Assembly: GCF_004010195.1 (NCBI RefSeq) | Contig: NC_057740.1 | Span: 19,817,949-19,881,948 of the forward strand | Source: Chiloscyllium plagiosum | Lineage: Eukaryota | Direction: 5' to 3' | Length of the DNA: 64,000 bases | Part shown: positions 1-13,743 of the stretch, one piece after another | Layout: each line of letters opens with the position of its first letter | Position numbering within the stretch: position 1 is the first letter of the stretch | Made by a program: the position numbers and the translations under genes | The notes under the pieces: generated by a model | Seen by the model: only the letters and a program-made list of their open reading frames with translations | What the model was told of the DNA's origin: nothing | Databases searched by the model: none

Positions 1-770
1 TCAACTGGCATCCTATCCCTTGGCACCATGCTCTTACCAAACTGGTAGCCTAATTACCAGGACATACCTCTCCCTTAAAATTGCATTTACATTATGTGCT
101 TATAGTTTGATAGCTATCAAAGTGACTTTAAATGCCAGATTACAGCAGCTAACTGCTGTGAATGGGAAACATCCTTCCTCCAAAATTTCTGCGATATGAA
201 AGAACTATAAGCATAGACATACAGCTCTGCATTTCTGAAGCAGCTGTGGTCAGAATTGCATTGAAACCCCTGCCTTTCATAAGAGCATGCCACTCCTTGG
301 AAAATATAGCCTTTCATCTTCCATCAGAACTGGGAAATATTAGTCATGTAATAGGTTTTAAATAAATCAAATGCTGGAGGATAGAAAAGCACGAAAATGA
401 AGCTTTGCAATACAGCAAAAGACAAAGATTCTACAGATACATTGAGTGTAAGAGGGTAACCAGAGAAAGTGTAGGGATTCTTAAAGGTCAAGGAGATCAT
501 CTTTGTGTTGAACTCCAGGAGTTGGGAGAGATACTAAATAATACTACACATCTACACTGTGGAGAAAGAAATGGAGGCAAGAGCAATAAATTTTGATCTT
601 TTGAAAACAATTCACATTACAGAAGAGGATGTTTGGGAGGTCTTAGAGAATACAAAGGTGGATAAATCTCCAGGACCTGATCTTATGTACCCCAGAACAC
701 TGGGGGAAGTCAGGGAGGAAATTGTGAGACCACTTGCAGAAATATTTGCAACATCTATAACTACAGGTTT

Positions 771-1073
771 TGATTAGGTTCCCTACAGTGTGGAAACAGG
801 CCCTTCAGCCCAAACCGACCCTCCGAAGAGTAACCCACCCAGACCCATTTCCCTCTGACTAATGCACCTAATATTATGGGCAATTTAGTTTGGCCAATTC
901 ACCTGACCTGCACATCTTTGGATTGTGGGAGGAAACCGGAGCACCCGGCAGAAACCCACACAGACAGGGGGGAGAATGTGCAAACTCCACACAGACAGTC
1001 GCCCGAGGTTGGAATCGAACCTGGGACCCTTCTGCTGTGAGGCAGCAGTGCTAACCACTGAGCTATCGTGCCG
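771..1073 (-). mobile_element. HE1-type tRNA-derived SINE
   Basis: A box (gctcagtggttagc) and B box (ggttcgattcc) on the minus strand, conserved body, LINE-like 3' tail. Confidence 0.9.
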
Positions 1074-1082
1074 ACCCCAGGT

Positions 1083-1308
1083 CAAGTCCACACTGACCCT
1101 CCGAAGAGCAGCCAACCCCTTCACCTAACACTACGGGAAATTTAGCATGGCCAATTCACCTAACCTGCACATTTTTGGACCGTGGGAGGAAACCCACGCA
1201 GACACGGGGAGAATGTGCAAACTCCACACAGACAGTTGCCAGAGGTGGGAATTGAACCCGGGTCTCTGGCGCTGTGAGGCAGCAGTGCTAACCACTGTGC
1301 CACCATGC
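1083..1308 (-). mobile_element. HE1-type SINE (3' truncated/deleted), in tandem with the previous copy
   Basis: Same consensus as 771-1073. Confidence 0.88.
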
Positions 1309-3034
1309 CTGATAATTGGAGGGTGGCTGATGTTGTAACTTTGTTTAAGAAAGGTTGCAAGGACAAACCAGGGAACTATAGACCCGTGAGTCTGACTTCC
1401 GTTGTGTATAATTTGTTGGAGTGATTTTAAAAGTTAGAATTTATAGATATTTAGAGAGGCAAAAATTGATTAGGGATTGTCAGCATGGATTTGTGTGAGG
1501 TAAATTGTTTCCCAGATTTGATTGTGTTTTTTGAGGAAGTTATCAGGAAGCTTGATGAAGGCAGAGCAGTAGACGTTGTTTACTTGGACTTGCGTAAAGC
1601 CTTCAACAATGTTCTGCATGATAGACTAATTAGTAAAGTTAGGTCACATGGGATTCATGGTGATCTTACCAATTGGATATATAATTGTCTTAATGGCAAG
1701 AGGCAGAGAATGATGGTGGAAGGTTTCTTTTTGCACTGGAGGCCTGTTACCTGCGGTATTCCACAGGGATCGATTCTGGATCCTTCTATGGTTGTCATTC
1801 ATATAAATGATTTGGATGAGAATATAGATTTTGCAGATGACACCAAAGTTGGTGGCATAGTAGACAGTGAAGAAGGTTTTCTAAGATTACAAAGGGTTCC
1901 TGATCAAATCAATCAGTGGACTGAAAAATGGCAGATGGAGTTCAATCTGGATAAATGCAAGGTTTTGCATTTTGGTACAACAAACGAGGGTAGGATTTAT
2001 ACTATTAATGGTGGGGTATTGGGTAGGGTTGTAGAACAAGGGACCTAGGGGCCCAGATACATAGTTATTTGAAGTTTGCATCACATATAGATATGGTGGT
2101 TAAGAAGGTGTTTAGCATGCTTCACTTCATTGCTCAGTCCTTTCAGTACAGGAGTTGGGAAATCATGTTGAGGTTGTACAGGAGATCTTATCTGGCATAC
2201 TGTATCCAGTTCTGGTCATCAGTTATTAACTGGAATGGGGGATTTCAAGACTAAAGGGCACATTTTTAAAGTGTGCGGAGAGAGGTGAGGGGCAATTTTC
2301 TTTTACACAGAGGGTGGTTCACATGTGAAATGAGCTTCCTGGGATCTTCAAAAAACATGTGGACAGGTACATAAAAAGGAAAGGTTTGGAGAGATATGAG
2401 CTAGGAGCAGGCAGGTGGGAATAGTTTAATTTGGGATTATGTTCAGCAAGGACAGGTTGGACTTAAAGGTCTGTTTCTGTGCTGTATGACTGTGACAGAT
2501 ATTAGATGACAAAATGACAAAATTAGATGACAGGGTGGACAGAGTGAATCTTACTAGTCGTGTTTATTGGTCTGAAGGCGTGGCGTCACATCGGAGTTAT
2601 TATGTTAAAATTTGACTCACTTTTGTTGTGCGATTACTACTTTCCTAAGTCCTGTTTGTGTGCTCTACTGTGGCTGTACAACAGAAGCTTGTAGCAAAAG
2701 AAATAACTTGGATTCTATTATTACTCTGATAGTGCTTGGTGCACAGATGTTTTTGGATTATATTCAAAACAGTAATATGTCTGCAGGCTCACATGCACTT
2801 AATGCATCTTCTGATACCACTAAATGTCTGTCTCATACATGTCTAGTGATTCTGGGAGACATCACTTTCACTCGGTGATCTCTGTTCAAACGGCCATCGT
2901 CTTGCATCTTTGGAAAACCTTCATGATATGAGATTTGAGGTCCCCAAGAAGGCAAAGACTAAACGGAAGACCAGAGTTGAACACTCAAAAGTCTATGTTT
3001 TGAATACTTTGTTAAATAAAGAACAGTGGTTCAT

Positions 3035-4200
3035 TCCCCTCTAACCTTAAACTGATGCCCTCTAGTACTCAGTTCCCCGACCCTGGGAAAAAGACTGACT
3101 GCATTCACCCTATCCATACCTCTCATGATCTTATAAACCTCTATAAAGAGGATCTATAAAGGTCCCCCATCAGTCTCCTACACTCTAAAGTAAAAAGTCC
3201 TAGCTTGTCCAATCTCTCCCTATAACTCAGGCCATTGAGTCCAGGTAACATCTTTGTAAGTTTTTTCTGCACTCTTTCCAATTTCGTAACATCATTTAGT
3301 GGACTGAGCTCCCAACAGGGTGACCAAAACTGAACACAATACCCTAACCCATAGCTGTACCAACATCCTGTATAACTGCAACATAACTTCCCAACTTCTA
3401 TACTCAATGCCCTGAAAGCCTTCTTCACTGATCTGTCTACCTGTGACTCCAATTTCAGAGAACTGTGAACATAAACTCCAAGATCCCTCTGTTCCACTAC
3501 ACCCCTTAAGGCCCTACCATTCACCATGAAACTCCAAATTGCAAGACCTCACACTTACCTATATTCAACTCCATTTGCCACTTCTCAGCTCATTTCCCCA
3601 GCTGATCAAGGTCCTGCTGCAATTTCTGATAACCTTCTTCACTCTCCACGATACTGCCTATTTTAGTGTCATCATCAAACTTACTAATCATGCCTTGTAC
3701 ATCCTCATCCAAATCATTGATATAGATAACAAACAGCAATGGGCCAAGTACCGACCCCTGAGGCACACCACTAGTCACAGGCCTCCAAACCAACAAGCAT
3801 CCTTCCATTATTACCCTCTGCTTCCTACCATCAAGCCAATTTTGTATCCAACTTGCCAGCTCGCCCTGGATTCCATGTGATCTAACCTTCCAGAACCTTC
3901 CTACCATGTGGAACCTTATCGAACGTTTTACTGCAATCCATATAGACTACATCTACTGTCCTTCTCTCATCAACCTTCCTGGTCACTTTGAAGAATTCTA
4001 ACAAATTTGAGAGACATGATCTCCTACTCACAAAGCCATGCTGACTACTCCTAATCAAACCATGTCTTTCCAAATGCATGTATATCTTACTCAGAATCTT
4101 CTCAAATAATGTACCCACCACAGATGTTAAGCTTCCTGGTCTATAGTTCCCAGACTTTTCTTTGCAGTCCTTCTTGAATAATTGCACAATATTCTCTACC
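3035..4200 (-). mobile_element. CR1 LINE RT fragment
   Basis: ORFs 3882-4187, 3590-3907, 3141-3527: NYRP.SLTSVVG, QHGF, GVPQGSVLGPLLF, ERVQKK.TKMLPG. Confidence 0.93.
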
Positions 4201-4229
4201 CTCCAGTACAGTGGCTAAAATGATGCAAA

Positions 4230-4595
4230 AAGTGGAGGAGGCTGATACAATTGCAACATTTAGAGTCATAGAGTCATAGAGATGTACAGCATGGAAACAG
4301 ACCCTTTGGTCCAACCCGTCCATGCCGACCAGATATCCCAACCCAATCTAGTCCCACCTGCCAGCACCTGCCATTTCCCTCCAAACCCTTCCTATTCATA
4401 TACCCATCCAAATGCCTCTTAAATGTTGCAATTGTACCAGCCTCCACCACATCCTCTGGCAGCTCATTCCTACTGGATGGCTATATGAATAGGAGGGGTT
4501 TAGAGAGTTATAGGCCAAGTGCTTCAAATGGGACTAGATTTAGGATACCTGGTTGGCATGGACGAGTTGGACCAAAGGCTGTACATCTCTATGGT
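4230..4595. mobile_element. Plus-strand CR1 3' end with an inverted CR1 3' end (4262-4470) inserted in it
   Basis: (TAGAGTCA)n tail at 4261-4280; 4232-4261 is near reverse-complementary to 4421-4450. Confidence 0.8.
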
Positions 4596-4740
4596 GTTAT
4601 GAGAGAGCCAACATAAAGGAAAAACCTGTTTGACATTTTCATCACTGTTACAAATGTATCTATCCATGACAATATTGGAAGGAATGATCACTGCCATGAG
4701 TGCTAACATAATCAAATTTTACCTCAATAATAATTTCCAG

Positions 4741-4974
4741 AAAAACATTTGAGATGACATAGGTCTCTTTACATGAGGCCAGGGATGCGTTTAACATCCC
4801 CACGGTGTTCCGAGCAGTGAATATCCAGTTTGAGGATATCCTGGATATTATCAGAGAACTTAGGGTGCCTCTTACCTTTGTCAATATCATGGCCAGAGAC
4901 AAAGAAACAAAGGCAGATGATAAATCTTGCTGATAGAATGGAAAGTTGAGATCTGCCTGTGAAAGTTGTCCAAG
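4741..4974 (+). pseudogene. Pseudo-exon (KTFEMT*VSLHEARDAFNIPTVFRAVNIQFEDILDIIRELRVPL.../RQMINLADRMES*DLPVKVVQ)
   Basis: Branch-point-like TGCTAAC at 4701, tttccag acceptor, CAAG|gtataa donor; protein-like translation with 2 stops and 1 frameshift. Confidence 0.45.
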
Positions 4975-5454
4975 GTATAATTATTTAAACAATCTAAAAG
5001 AAAAAAAAATGAAAATATCCTCAATCTAACAATTCTAGAGTATTATATCATAGCACTTTACAATGTTAGGTAACATCATTTTCCCCAAATGCAGAGGCAT
5101 TCACTGCCCCAATGATAATGGATATAAATGGTTAGTTTTTTGTGCATCTTGATAAATCTTATATTAAGTTAAAATTGTAAGTAATTCTCCCATGAAGTAA
5201 TCATTTTGCATGTTAGCCATTGTTCATTCACAGTTTTAAACCTGTTTCACAGCTTTTGAAATGTGAACCTGAAGTTACGTGGCAGAAACTGCATACAATT
5301 CGTTTGTTAAACTTTTAAATAATCAGTATCTAAATGAGATATTGCACTGGCCTCACTAAATTAGGGAATATCAATGAAATATTTCATGCTGTAGGAATAG
5401 TGGGAGTACAGCAGTGGTTTTGTACATTAATCCTGGGAATAACATGACTGTCCT

Positions 5455-5830
5455 ATGAGTTTAAAACAATGAGACATGACCTCATTAAAACTTGCAGAAT
5501 CCTTAAAGGGCTTGGCAGAATGAATCTTTCCTCTGGCTGGGACTCCTAAAACCAGACAACAATGTTGGAATAAGGAGTGTGAATCATTTAGGATGAGATG
5601 GAGACAAATGTGTTCACTTGGAAGATGTTGAATCTTCTCTGTCCTGGAGGGCTATGAAATCTCAATCATTGTTATGAGCATAAAAAGGATTGATAGATTT
5701 CTAGAGACCAGTGCGATCAAAGGATATGTACATAGCATGGGAAAAATGCCTGTGAGATTGATGATCAGCCATGATCTAGAATGGCAGAGCAGACTCAAGG
5801 AGCTGAATGGCCTACATCTGCTTTTATCTT
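5455..5830 (+). mobile_element. Old CR1 3' fragment
   Basis: Degenerate 'DLI.T..ILKGL' coding remnant and gatcagccatgatc...gaatggcctac 3' UTR. Confidence 0.7.
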
Positions 5831-7463
5831 TCTGAAGTATATAATCAGGAGTAGCTGAAAATGTCGTACATTTTCATATACTTAAGAAATACACCAGGTG
5901 GCACCATAGAGACACATATGCAAGATACAGTGGTGATTCTCATACAAATTCTCATGACAACTTATAAATGTTGTGTAGTACAATGATTCAGTGATACAGG
6001 ATGTGACATTACTGTTGAATATTTAATCTAAAAACTTTGTATAACTGAACAGTGTTTTGGATGTGCAAATTATTAACTTATGAACAAAACTAAAAGTGAT
6101 TGAAAGATTGTTTGGCTTTAGGAACTGCAAGTTTGATCACAAATTGAATGTATATTTAATTTAGTCCAGCAGTACATTAATAGCTAGTTTTGTGTCATGT
6201 TAAATTAAGCTCACTTCATTGCTAATAGTTTGGAAAAATGTTTGTGATTTCTTTTAACAAATTTATTTTTAATATTTTTACTCTTTCCTATCTTTGTAGA
6301 TAGCTTGATACAGTAAATAAGGAGACACTGTTTCCACTGGCATGGCATCAGTAACCAATAGATAGAAATTCAAGGTAATTGGCAAAAGAAAAAGACAGAT
6401 GAGAATTTCTTTTACAACAAATTGTAATGAGCTGGAATGTACTGCTTGAAAGATTGGTAGATGGTCGAATTGTAAATTTCATAAAGCAATTGGACATATA
6501 CTTGAAGGGGACAGTTTTGCAGAGTGACTGGGAAAGAATAGGGGAGCTACACTAATTGGATGTTTCTGACAAAAATAGTGTGCACAGGCATGACTAACCT
6601 TTTTGTTGTATGACTTCATTACATAAGGAAGATTTGGCAATTTCCTTTGTCATTTTATCCTTGAATGAATCAATTGACTCTTGTGCAATTGACTCTTCTG
6701 CCCTAGATTGCACCTTTTATGCAGTGTGTTCCAGACCTTAAAAATTTGCTATGTAAAATATATTCTCATCTTCCTTTTTTTGCCAATTACTTTGGTAGGG
6801 GCATCACCAACCTATGGTATTAAGGCCCCTGCCAATGGAAACAGTCTTATTTAATTTGTCAAACTATCTAAAAAGTTTGGAAATTATCAAACTAACTAAA
6901 CAGTTTTATTCCCTACTGGTTTGGGTTTGTAACTAGTATGGTCTTTGAATATTTCAGTCTGAGTTCAATACTAATGTAATTTATAATGGTAAGAAGCACA
7001 TAGAGGCAGCTTACTTTGGGTGGGAAGGTAGTATTGACACTCCCTTTATTCTCCTCATACAAACAAAAAACATTAACACTGTCAGTTATTCCGATTTTCA
7101 ACACAAAGTATAAATGACAACGTGATGACAGTAATGACAGATGTGCATTTAAAGGAATGTGTCAGCTTTAGTTCACTATCGTGAAACCCATATGACTATT
7201 TACATGTTTCACTCACCAGATTTTATTTTTAGTTATAATAAAAGTCTTTTAAAATCTACTTCCTAGCAATATGCAAGATATGAAAACAATACGATACTGG
7301 AAATGCTCATCATGTCAAACAGTACCAGTGGTTTTTGTTTTTATTTCAGCTTTTCCAGTAGTCAGTGGGTTTTGCTTTTGTGTTAATATGATAGGCAAGT
7401 GTTTTATTTAAAAGGCAAATCATCACCCTAGATTATTAAAACATGCAAGTGTGGAAATTGCAG

Positions 7464-7692
7464 GTGCTCCAGACGTGATTTTGCTAAGCTCTCTCAAATC
7501 ACAAATTGTTCCTTTAGACTAGATGGTTCTCAAAGACAGTAAACTATTTAAGACAGATAAATGACCAAATTATAGGCTCATTTGTTGTGAGGAAGTTAGT
7601 GGAATTTATTACCCAAAGGTGATCTCATCAGTGAATCTCGCACATCTTAGTGCCCTGTGCTTAAGGGAGGATGGCAAGTAAAGCCAGCACAT
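7464..7692 (+). pseudogene. Pseudo-exon (GAPDVILLSSLKSQIVPLD*MVLKD.../RQINDQIIGSFVVRKLVEFITQR)
   Basis: ttgcag acceptor (weak), CAT|gtaagt donor, phase-compatible with the previous exon. Confidence 0.35.
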
Positions 7693-8899
7693 GTAAGTTT
7701 GTGGCTCCTCATTTCAAATCCTAATCTTATTAGCCTCAAGGTTTTCATTAAAAACACAGGTGGAAAGTTTCAATTTCTTTGCCAATGAATTAAAGCTTAA
7801 AGTTTTGCTATTTCACTTACAGTTAGAACACTAAGCTGAAACGCCAAAGAGAATTTTGCTGAAAAATCAGCAACTCCTTATTCTCAAAAAAGTGGAAAAT
7901 GTGAAAACTGTTGATGGCTTCCACTAACATGTTAATAAATAATAGAAGCTATTAGTGTCCATACTGATGGCAATAACAAATATCAAGTCCCTCATGTTGG
8001 AAGGAAAGCAACCCTAAAAAAATGAGGTGAACTTTATTTTATCATGATGGAATGTCTGTGTTGGGTGAGAATAGGTAATTGATTTTAATGTGATTCAAAC
8101 TATGTAGTTAGGTAACACCCATAAAAAACTTATTCTTCAAGCATCATGCTCTTGTAAAGTTATTTAAAAAGCAGACTCTCAGAGATTTGGGTAGTAAACT
8201 CGAGGCCTCAGTTACATAGAGCATCATCTTTATATAAATTAGGAGCAGGAAAGAGTAGGCCATGTCTCCTCAAGGTCAGTCCACCATTCTGTAAAATTGT
8301 GATGGCTCAGATTATCCCTGCCCATCCCTGATAACTTTTCGAAGACTCAAATATTCAAAGACTGTGCTTCCTTTTAAGGAAGAGAGTTCAAAACCGTTGG
8401 AGAGAAAAACAAGGATTGATAACAAGAGGGCAAAGATTGAAATTAATTTGGAAAATAAGCAAATGCAGTGTGAGAAAAGGAATGTACTTTCTGAAAATGT
8501 GGGAATGGCAGTTTTCATTTAGGCATTCAAGATGGCATTTGATGATTCTATGAAGAGAAGGATGTGCAGGGTTGTGGGGAAAAAGCAAGAGAATGGCACT
8601 AAGTCATAATTCTTATTTGAAAAATGGTGAACACAGTGAGCCAAATAGCCTCCTTCTGTTGGGTAACAATTCTGAGCTTCATCTCTGTAGTAAATGGACA
8701 ATTCCATTTTTTTAAATGGTGAACTCTTGCATTGGGCTTCCCCACAGAATGAAATATTCTTTTCCCATCCATCATATCATAATTCCTCAGAAACTACATT
8801 AAGAACAGAAATATTGGAGAAACCCAGCAGATCTAGCAGCATCTGTAGAGAGAGAAACTGAATGAATGTCTTATGTCCAATATAACTCTTCTTCGGAAC

Positions 8900-9780
8900 T
8901 AATCTTACATGTTTCAATCAAGTTCTCTCTTCCAGTTCAAAACTTGAGCAGAAAGCAGGCACAAGCCTTGCTTGTCCAAACTTTCCTCACAAGGCAACCT
9001 GCCCAATGCAAGTATTAGTCCAGCAAACATTCTCTGAACTATTTCCAACACATTTACATCCTCCTTAGGTAAGAAACTATTAACCCAATACTATACATAG
9101 TACTTTAGATTTGGTCTCACAATGCCCTGTATAACTGATTCATAACTTCTAGGAGATAGTGAGGACTGCAGATGCTGGAGATCAGAGTCAAAAAGCGCCA
9201 CTTTTCGACTCTGATTCATAAGTTTGCCACTTTTCAATTTAATTCCCTTCACAATAAACAATAGCATTCTGCTAACTTTCATAATTACTTGCTGTATCTG
9301 TCTGCTAACCTTTTGAGATAAATTCATTTGGACAGCCAAATTCTTTTGCATCTCAGAGCTCTGCAATCTGTAACCGTTTAAATAGTATGCTTCTTTGTTC
9401 CTCTTGCTAAAATGAACACATTTACATTTTCCCCACATTGTACTCTCGTCTGCCAGATGTTTGCCCTCTCAAGTAGCCTATTTTGTTCAGTGACCTTCAG
9501 CATGGCATCTGGTCAAATGCTTTCAGGCACCACATTGATATATTCCCCATTATCCACATTGTTTTTTGTCTGCATAAAATGATAAATTGGTCAAAGACTA
9601 TTTTTTTTTCATAAAAGGATGTTGACTTTTCCTCATTGCAATTAAATAGTCTTCTGCTATAACCTTTTTAATAGTGGTTGAATATTTTCCCTATAACAAC
9701 TTTTAAGCTAACTGCCCTGTAGCTTACAGTTTTCTATTTCCCTTTTTTATTGCATAAAATGGATTTATTTGCTATTTTCT
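8900..9780 (-). mobile_element. Old CR1 RT fragment
   Basis: ORF 9091-9438 KCKCVHF..., VRPNLKY. Confidence 0.75.
9146..9215 (-). mobile_element. Minimal Penelope-derived (family B) fold-back insertion
   Basis: Tail 9151-9180 plus hairpin 9181-9215, flanked by CTGATTCATAA duplication (9135-9145, 9211-9221). Confidence 0.7.
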
Positions 9781-9826
9781 ATACAGCAATTAATTATATT
9801 CTGCTATGTTCTCATATTTCCTACAG

Positions 9827-10202
9827 AGGTTTTATAACCAACACGATGTTGAAGAGGAGAATAATAAAGAAGCCCTGTTAGAAGCAGAATGTATTAGAGT
9901 TGAGTTGAGTTTTGTGAATATGGAATATCTGAGATGAATCACCTGAAGTTACTCAGTTGAGTACTGTGGGGAAAAAAGTTCCCAATCCGCTCAGAAAAAC
10001 ACTGAAGTTCACTTTGTCCAATGAGAATATTAGTGCTGAAATTGTTGCTGATTTGAATAATTTTGAATATTGTCTTCAGAATGTCAGCTTTCTATTTGGA
10101 ACATGGAGAAGCTTGGCTGGAAAGCCCTTAATTGTGATAGACTACATTTCATAGTGCTGCATGAAGCCTCTTACCTAACACTGGGAACCTAATGTCTAAT
10201 GG
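9827..10202 (+). pseudogene. Pseudo-exon (RFYNQHDVEEENNKEALLEAECIRVEL...IVADLNNFEYCLQNVSFLF...)
   Basis: Strong polypyrimidine/ctacag acceptor; protein-like frames with frameshifts; 3' end approximate. Confidence 0.4.
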
Positions 10203-11054
10203 GTAGAACCAACAATGTGGAATCTCATCATCCTTTTTTGTACATTGTTTGGGGAAAATTGGATACAGACTGAAATTAAGTGCAAGAATCACAATGGATG
10301 ATTCATTCATGCTATTTGTTTCTGAAGCATGCAGTATATGAACTTAAATCTGCCTGCTCCTTTCTAAGATTGCATTGGCTGGACCCGTAAGTGCAAAACA
10401 ACTTGCATTTTGTAAAGGGGATATATATATTTGGCTGGAGCAGGTGTTGGAATTCCTTGCACATGTTAGTATGTTATGGGGAGCACGTAGGAATGGTACA
10501 ACATAGCAGAGAATGGGATGTATGCTTCTGTGGCATGGAAATGTCACTCTTTGATTAGGGGGTTGATAGGAGGAGAGGTTCCCATCCATAGGCAGCCCCC
10601 CAAACAAACACTGACAAGGCAATAAGAACAAATAACTATCCAGGTCAGTCTCAGCAGTTTATCTGCAAGGACCTGGGTGCAGTGCCAAATGAAGGCCAAT
10701 GTTAGAGAACACATTTCCACATGACAAATGCTACCAATTGCACCACTGGTTCATTTATGACCTAACAGCAATCCTCATTGACCATATCTTATACTTAACA
10801 TTCATAGCTTCATTTCACCCTGCAAGCTTCACATCCAGTTTCATAGCTTGCTTGCAGTGCTAGCTGTTCAATCATGACACGCTAGCCAAACACATAGTAC
10901 CACATTCAGAGTTACACTTTCCTGTGTCATGCAGGACAGATGGTGGACAACTAAAGGCAGCAGCAGCAGCTACTTGGAGGGAGGTGTAGGTGTATGTCTT
11001 CAGAGTTAAAACATGGGAGGCTGGAAAAGCACAGTGGTCAGGCAGCATGCAGGA

Positions 11055-11090
11055 GAGTCAACGTTTCGGGCATAAGCTCTTCATCAGGAA
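11055..11090 (-). ncRNA. Minimal hammerhead ribozyme motif in a family B PLE fragment (11018-11090)
   Basis: CUGAUGA-agagc-uuau-gccc-GAAA-CGU-U on the minus strand; one stem II mismatch. Confidence 0.6.
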
Positions 11091-12845
11091 TGGTGCTCAC
11101 TGTCATTGCAGCAGTTGTGATTGAGGATGTGGCCAGCAGTGAGGTTGAAATGATCAAAGATAATGCACAGTCACACCTAATCTTCTTTGTACTTCAGCTT
11201 CATCAAGGTTCCACTGATTTTCAAGCTGCTGTTCTTTCTTTCTGTTGTTCCCCTCATCACAGCCCTCTCCTCTGCCTCTCTGTTTAGATGTTTGTAATTG
11301 TAACCTGACAGCAAGGCAGTGGGTCGGGAAGACACTGATGATGAAATACTGCCACTGTGTCTTATTGGACGATATACTTGCAGGTACACCCACAGATACT
11401 GGCACTCTGCATACCTTAGACAGGAGACATGTCTGTGATAGACACATCAGGCATGTGATCTGCAGTTAAGAGAGAAATAAAAGGTCATGCATTTGCCAAT
11501 TTGCCAGGGGTGAGATAAGAGAAGAGTTCTGCTAAAGAGATTCAGATGAGAACATTGATGAGATAGGAAAAGGCTAATTGACATGTATAAAGAAAGGCTT
11601 AGTGCCTGTTAAATAGCTTGCAGTTATTGGTGCAGTTTTTCTGCGGAGCTCAGAATTCATCCTTTCCAACACGGAAGCAGGGAGGTCAATGCCACAGAAA
11701 TTTACAGACCTAATGATCTCATGTCTGATGTTCAAAGTTTCAGTTTCAATTGCAGCAAAGAACATCAGTCATCTCGGCTGTGTACTAGAAATTCAGACAA
11801 ATGTCTCAGAAGTTCAGCTTGTGATCATGCCAGTGCAGAAAACTGCTGCGATATTTGAGAGTGCAGTCCGGTATTCTGTTCTCCTCTAGACTTGCTGAAG
11901 TGCTGCCCTATGGGTGTGGCAATGGCTCTTTGCTCTTTGAGTTCATTGTGCAAGGCCTCCTGCAGACTTTTCCACTGAAAGTCAGCAATGTTCCACCAGG
12001 CATGCTGAAGCTTGTGGTGTATGCACCATGAGGCCATGCAAAGGCAGAAGAAGACAGGCTCTAAGAGAATGCAGGAGGCAGATTAGTTGAGTTGGCACTG
12101 CATTTTACAAGGGCTTGTGGGATCTGGGGGAAGGTGGGGGTGCTTTTCAATCCTCTCCTCAGTAGGAGAATCAACTGGAATCCAATTTGCTTCTTAAAAG
12201 CACACCCTGTAGACATACCACTCTGTGGGAGGGATAATTGATTGACAGTGGGATTTCCACCTCTCATTTGGTAGTCCTGCCCTCAGGGGCTTCCGGCATC
12301 ATCAGAGCTGGGAATGGAGGAGTATCCCAGAGATGATCTAGGATTTTAGGGCAGTATGGTTATCCCAGAGTCCACAGACAGGGAAGAGGGAGTTTGGAGA
12401 CTGTTTTCTGGCAGGGAGCTGACTGGAGTTAAGGGGATATGACATATTTGTGAGGAGAGGGGAGGGTGTGCCTTGCTGCACACAGGTAACCCCTCCCCTC
12501 CCAAACAAAAATATCCCATTATCTGCCATTTCTTTATACAGACCATTAAAAAGAATCTGCCCATTCCTGTCCAAATGCCCATGCCAGCAGTGTCTTAATA
12601 AGTGCAGTGTATTGCTCACATCAGTAATTGACCCTTCAATATCGCAGATGGACAGCCAATTTCAGCACTCATCTGCCTTGAGTACTAAGGAGTTAAGATC
12701 AAGGTTGGGCCTGATATTGAACTTAATACCTAATCAATTTTAAGTGCCCACCCTTCCACTAATGCATCCAGAGGGTATTTATTGGTAAAATTATGGGATG
12801 GTTTGTTAGATAAAAGGACATCTGTTTAATTTGTGTTGGCTTTTC

Positions 12846-13149
12846 ATAGAATTCCCACAGTGTGGAAAAAGACCCTTCAACCCAACAAGTCCACGCTGAC
12901 TCTCCAAAGAGTAACCCACCCAGACCCATTGTCCTATGTTTACCCCGAACTAATAAACCTAACCTACACATCGGGCAACTTAGTATGGTCAATTCACCTA
13001 ACCTGCACATCTTTAGATTGTGGGAGGAAACCCACACAGACATGGGTAGAATGTGCAAACTCCACACAGACAGTTGCCTGAGGCTGGAATCAAACCTGGG
13101 TCTCTGGTGCTGTGAGACAGCAGTGCTAACCATTGAGCCACTGTGCCGC
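12846..13149 (-). mobile_element. HE1-type SINE
   Basis: Matches the other copies. Confidence 0.9.
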
Positions 13150-13488
13150 TGGAGAATTTATTTCAGAATTGTGGTTAAAAGCATAGTGGGAAAGTAAGAG
13201 CAGAGAGAGTGGAAATTGATTACTGAATGGGGTTGTGTTCACAGGTACTATAGTGGGTTGAACTGATCTTTGGCAGCAAAAAGATCGCAAAATACCACAC
13301 ATTTGCCTCTATGTGCTAAGCAGGGTCACATTTAAACTGTGCATTTAGGGAGTGAAATCCCTTTTAATACATATCTATATTTAGATGTAATGCCCACAAA
13401 GCAATTTTTAATCTCAGATGAAGAACATTTTGTGAATAACTCATTTAACCATATTATTCTTGATTAGCATTATTTTCTTATTTTTAAG

Positions 13489-13743
13489 GTGAATTTGTGC
13501 AGCATTGCTCATTTCTAATTGTTGACAATCTATGAACGTTTCCAACATCTTTTGATAGATTTTAATTGAAACTAAAGTGAGGAATTACAAACATTAAATA
13601 GTTTCAGAGTGTAATTCTGAAGATTGACCATCGTTAAGTTGTCTGTCTTTAAAACGGATTGATTGCTTGACATTTAGCTGTTAAAAATGACAGAGTATCA
13701 TTCCACCCAAGGGAATAGTTCAGGCGTAGATTTTTTTGTGTTT
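13489..13743 (+). pseudogene. Pseudo-exon (GEFVQHCSFLIVDNL*TFP...MTEYHSTQGNSSGVDFFVF)
   Basis: tatttttaag acceptor, TTT|gtgagt donor, phase 0 into the next exon. Confidence 0.4.

Larger units (their letters stand above)
330..2495 (+). mobile_element. CR1/HER1 LINE ORF2 (RT) and 3' end, degenerate, interrupted by two SINEs
   Basis: KSPGPDLMYPR, VDVVYLDL.KAF, GIPQGSIL, FADDTK, FNLDKCKVLHFG motifs. Confidence 0.92.

Noticed and set aside
1005-1073. tRNA-like sequence with A and B boxes (also in the other four SINE heads)
   Set aside because: tRNA-derived head of an HE1-type SINE followed by SINE body and LINE tail; not a tRNA gene.
10135-10170. RLHFIVLHEA resembling a DEAD/DEAH Walker B motif
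   Set aside because: Lacks the catalytic Asp and has no other helicase motifs in order; treated as part of the pseudo-exon.
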